A stretch of DNA of 61,921 bases, filler included, from Sphacelaria rigidula (taxonomy: Eukaryota): NCBI GenBank assembly GCA_964200075.2. It is 6 parts of 6 records of this genome, joined end to end, with 100 filler letters (N's around TTAATTAATTAA, not from the genome) between each part and the next. Parts side by side here need not be neighbours in the genome. Positions count along the whole stretch, not along the records: positions 51,687 to 61,921 come from CAXNAA020006880.1; 5 more parts are not named here. One strand, 5' to 3'. The position numbers and the translations under genes were made by a program. How positions within the stretch are numbered: position 1 is the stretch's first letter; every line of letters begins with the position of its first letter. The notes below the pieces were generated by a model that had not been told where the DNA came from, did no database searches, and was given only the letters and a program-made list of their open reading frames with translations. Shown here in pieces: positions 58,453 to 61,921 of the stretch.

Positions 58453-59486
58453 CCCACAAGCGGGTTTGTGCGCCCATTGCTGGAGGCTCGGGTAGACCGC
58501 CTCGCGGCAGTCGTGTGCGGTAGGCGCCTCGAGAATTCGGGAGCTTGGCTCAAGAAAAGTGTGGGGGTCGAACCGACTCAAACCCTCCGTCAACTTGGCG
58601 CGGTGCACGCACCGCCCCACTCTCACGAGCTCCGGCCCTAGTCATGTTTACAATGAGCGGATACCTGCATGCACGGAAATCTAAGATCGTCATCCTGTCT
58701 TTCGACCACGGGCCTGAGTGCAGGGGCGGATGCGATGGTGAAAAAAACTGCCTGTGGTTGCTTGTTTGACACGTTTACTACTTACTCCCTATCGCCACAT
58801 ACGGAAACGGTGCAGTAGCACTCGAGCTAAGCCCCCCTCGTTTTGGTACTGTCACCTTGCCACACACATGACACATCTTCTACACCCAAATCGAGAAATC
58901 GTTACCATACTGTTTCATCGTCAACATGACAAAGTATCGCTTTCCTCTGTGGTGACCCAGCTGTGAAGACCACGATTGAAAGGGACAGCTGTACAGACAG
59001 ACTGCACAACAGCACAGTGATACTCTCCCGTACGAAGGTTAAACATCACGAATAATATTCTTGCTCCGCCATTGAAATTTCTTTCCGTGAAATTTGACGA
59101 CGAACCGGTGTACGAGTAAGCTCTTCCGCATATTTCCAGTTTCATAGTCAAAAGTGTAAAAGCTCGATGCGCCGCCACAGACAGACGGTACACGCAATAA
59201 GCCCTCCCAGTCACGTTCCCTCTCGGACAACAGACAACATGCGGTGCAAGAATTGGTTGATCTTGTGTGATAAGGGCGGGGAAAACTACGCTGTTGTGTA
59301 CTGGACTGGATCCGAACCTGTTGCTCCCACCAAGCTCCCACGGGTATATTCATATTTACGTACGCCGCACGTCTCTTTTCGTCCCCCGTAACACCCAATA
59401 TTGACAGACAGTATATAGCAGCACAGAGTAATTTGCGGGCTGAGCGTCCAACCGAAAGCCCGCGTCGCGACGCCTCAACAGACATG
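58453..59486 (-). CDS. Possible 5' exons of an unknown secreted or membrane protein
   Basis: ATG ~59486 reads MSVEASRRGLSVGRSARKLLCAAIYCLSILG (signal/anchor-like). A GC-rich exon-like block at ~58637-58453 reads PELVRVGRCVHRAKLTEGLSRFDPHTFLEPS...KPACG|gtacga. The splice model is not secure. Confidence 0.3.
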
Positions 59487-61344
59487 AACCCTTTCGTGTA
59501 CAAGTATGCTGCACATACGTACAAACTCACTCATGGTTGGTCATGTGTGTGACCGGATCGAGCGCCAACGTCCGGCCATCACCTCCCAATTGATCGGGGT
59601 TCCCTCATTCCTCACCAGGACGTCCCCAGCGGATTTTTTTGCTTACGCATTTTGTTCTACAGAGTATAGTCGCTCACCCGCCCATCAACCATACCACCAT
59701 ACGATGAGAGGACTTCACTACAAGCACCGACTGCCACAAGTGATATATATATATGGTGATATATGCTCACCTACGAGCCATCTCTTGCTAGCGAGCTCCA
59801 CCCCGCACTCACCTCCTAGGACCTGCTGCTTACTGCCGTGATCCCAACAAGTTGACACGTTGTGTTATGCTGTCCTGTTTCCCTGCTTCGACTGAACGTC
59901 TTTTTAACCTTATATCACGTACAAGTAGATCCCGTACGGCACGAACGCTGTCGTCGAAGAGTCAACTCTATAGTTGTCGCTGTTGCTGTTATGTCGTCGT
60001 CGTTGTTGAGGTTGATAACCCCCCGTCTTGCGATATGTCGTGCCTGCTGCTTGACGCCTAAGGGGCAGTCCACACTGTCTGATGTTGATCTACGCACGTC
60101 ACTCAGCTTACAATAACTGCACACGCGAATACAATATGTAGTGATATTCGGTAGTAGTGTTGTACTGCCACTGTTGTTTGCCCTCTTCTTGTCGATTTTT
60201 TTTGGTCTGCGACTAGTTTTGGAAAATAACCACCATTGGCGTATGGTTACTAAGTTCCTCCGCGCGAAGTACCACCTATACCAACAATGCCAAGGGTAGG
60301 CCCTGTCCTCTAAGGCATGCCTGACTTTTCCCCTTAGAGCTCATATTCAGAAAGGGGTTGCCTGAGAAGGGGTGTGGCGCCTGAGATGCCTTGTTTGGGC
60401 GAGGCAACGACATCCACTACAATAAAGAATGGAAGTCAGTCACACGAATGACGACGCCAACTCCAATTAGTCGGGATACCGGGGAGGTTGTCTGAAGCAA
60501 ATCTAAGGCAAGTCAAATGAAGAAACTAAGGCATCTCAGGCATGGATTTGACTCGTCAGGCATGGAATTGGGTGTCAGGCATGCCTTAGTTGTTGCCCGA
60601 CCCCCAATTTTTCGCCTGCGGCAGGCCCTCAGCCATTTGCCTTAGGCACACCTTCGGCGTGCCTTATTATTGGTTATAAGGCCTAATCAAGGGTATAGTG
60701 TCATGAAGAAAGAAATCTTCGGGTCCACGCATACAGTAGCTTTTTTTATTATACCCTATTGATTGTCCATACCAAAATTTAGGGTCCAACTCTGAGTAAT
60801 TCATTACGAATGGGTCCTTTACAAGGTCGGTAAAATTCGGAACAGCATTCCGCAGGCCACTTACCGGCCCGCGTTTGGTATTTTGTGTATTGAAATTTTG
60901 TGCGGGACCTCGCTAGGGCAAAATGGAGCAAGAAAAGGGGTCAGGTTGTCCTTTTTGTTTTTTTCACTGATTCAGGGCGTTTTAGTATGGTAAAGGCCAT
61001 TCTTTTACGAGAACGCCCAAACCTCTCCCCCCCCCCCCCAAATGAATTATCGTTGTCATATTTAGTATACCTTATCCCCGCGTGCTACCAGCCTTGGCTT
61101 ATTTGCATCCTCCTCTCCTCACGGAGAGTCTACTGCTGCTGCATATTGCAGATTATGAATAATTTTCGAATCGCTCACCGCTTTGAATGGGGTTCAAATA
61201 TCATCCAAGACTTTAAGCTCCTTAATGTGAGGGGTCACATTTTCCACAATTTTCGACAGTTTTGAAGGGGAAACAAGCCAAACAACGCACTTTTCTCGCC
61301 TCGCCCCTGATTTTTTGCGGTTATTCGTCTTCAAAACATCGATG

Positions 61345-61559
61345 TACTGGCCAGAGCAGCCAGTTCACAGCCCTAATCACTTTTGAGAAAGTTGAGGGCG
61401 AAATTTGGGGATTTTCGGGGGGGCAGTGTGGAGCGTACCGGGGTATCGGCGCGGCAGGGGGCTGGCACGTTGGAAAGGGTGGTGAAGTACGATCACGATG
61501 CCTTGACTGAGAGCTGGGACTATCTAGCATCGAGTTCCAGTGATGGCGAAGACGGTTAA
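61345..61559 (+). pseudogene. Mariner-like transposase remnant (internally deleted)
   Basis: QPVHSPN at 61357 (QPxxSPDLN-like), then a TLRKL-like segment, then SVERTGVSARQGAGTLERVVKYDHDALTESWDYLASSSSDGEDG* at 61425-61559. Confidence 0.7.
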
Positions 61560-61921
61560 CTATTCATTTTGGTACGTTTCCCCCACCCGGAATGTGTTGG
61601 TGATGCGTTGGCATCCCATCTCTTCTGGACGCCAGTCTACCTTTCGGCACATGTGAGCGCATCAGCCGGGATCACACAGGAGGAAACTCAGCACAGACAC
61701 TTTCTACGATAGCCCTCCCCCAGAACTAGCCCAAAACTGTCGCAAAGAAAGTGGTCGTACACTATCCGATGTTTGGTTTCAGGCTGCATGAAGCGCCTCA
61801 TATGGGCAACATTGACGAAAAAAAATTCAAGATGTGACGCTAGCAGGTTTGCTAGTACTGCAGCATCTAAATGCTGTTGAGGGACTCCCCACCTCTTCTG
61901 CCCTCAAGGTCTCAGTTGTCA

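Overview
Eukaryotic nuclear DNA, most likely from a brown alga (Phaeophyceae). Evidence: spliceosomal introns, heterokont ASAF-type plastid presequences, a protein resembling a phaeovirus (EsV-1)-related domain family, and TTAGGG tracts. The window is not one locus. It is six ~10.24-kb scaffolds in decreasing size order, joined by an artificial 100-nt spacer (N44-TTAATTAATTAA-N44), so genes on different pieces are not neighbours. Genes rebuilt by hand from splice sites and reading phase: (1) a head-to-head pair of plastid-targeted genes, one unknown (possibly thylakoid lumen) and one PpiC/parvulin PPIase; (2) a 5'-truncated gene of at least 11 exons with ~43-aa ankyrin-like units on separate exons, fused to a 4-TM domain resembling DUF679/DMP-like proteins; (3) the 3' end of an RNI/F-box-type LRR gene, convergent with the 3' end of proteasome alpha-6; (4) a complete 4-exon gene for a 197-aa secreted, Cys-rich, F5/8-C/CBM32-like protein. 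The rest is transposon-derived: a decayed Ty3/Gypsy element, a solo LTR, mariner deletion derivatives with Stowaway-like ends, piggyBac-, CACTA-, hAT- and Ginger-like MITEs, tRNA-derived SINE-like heads and satellites. No CRISPR array, rRNA or convincing tRNA gene was seen. All family assignments come from motif recognition by eye; no database search was run.
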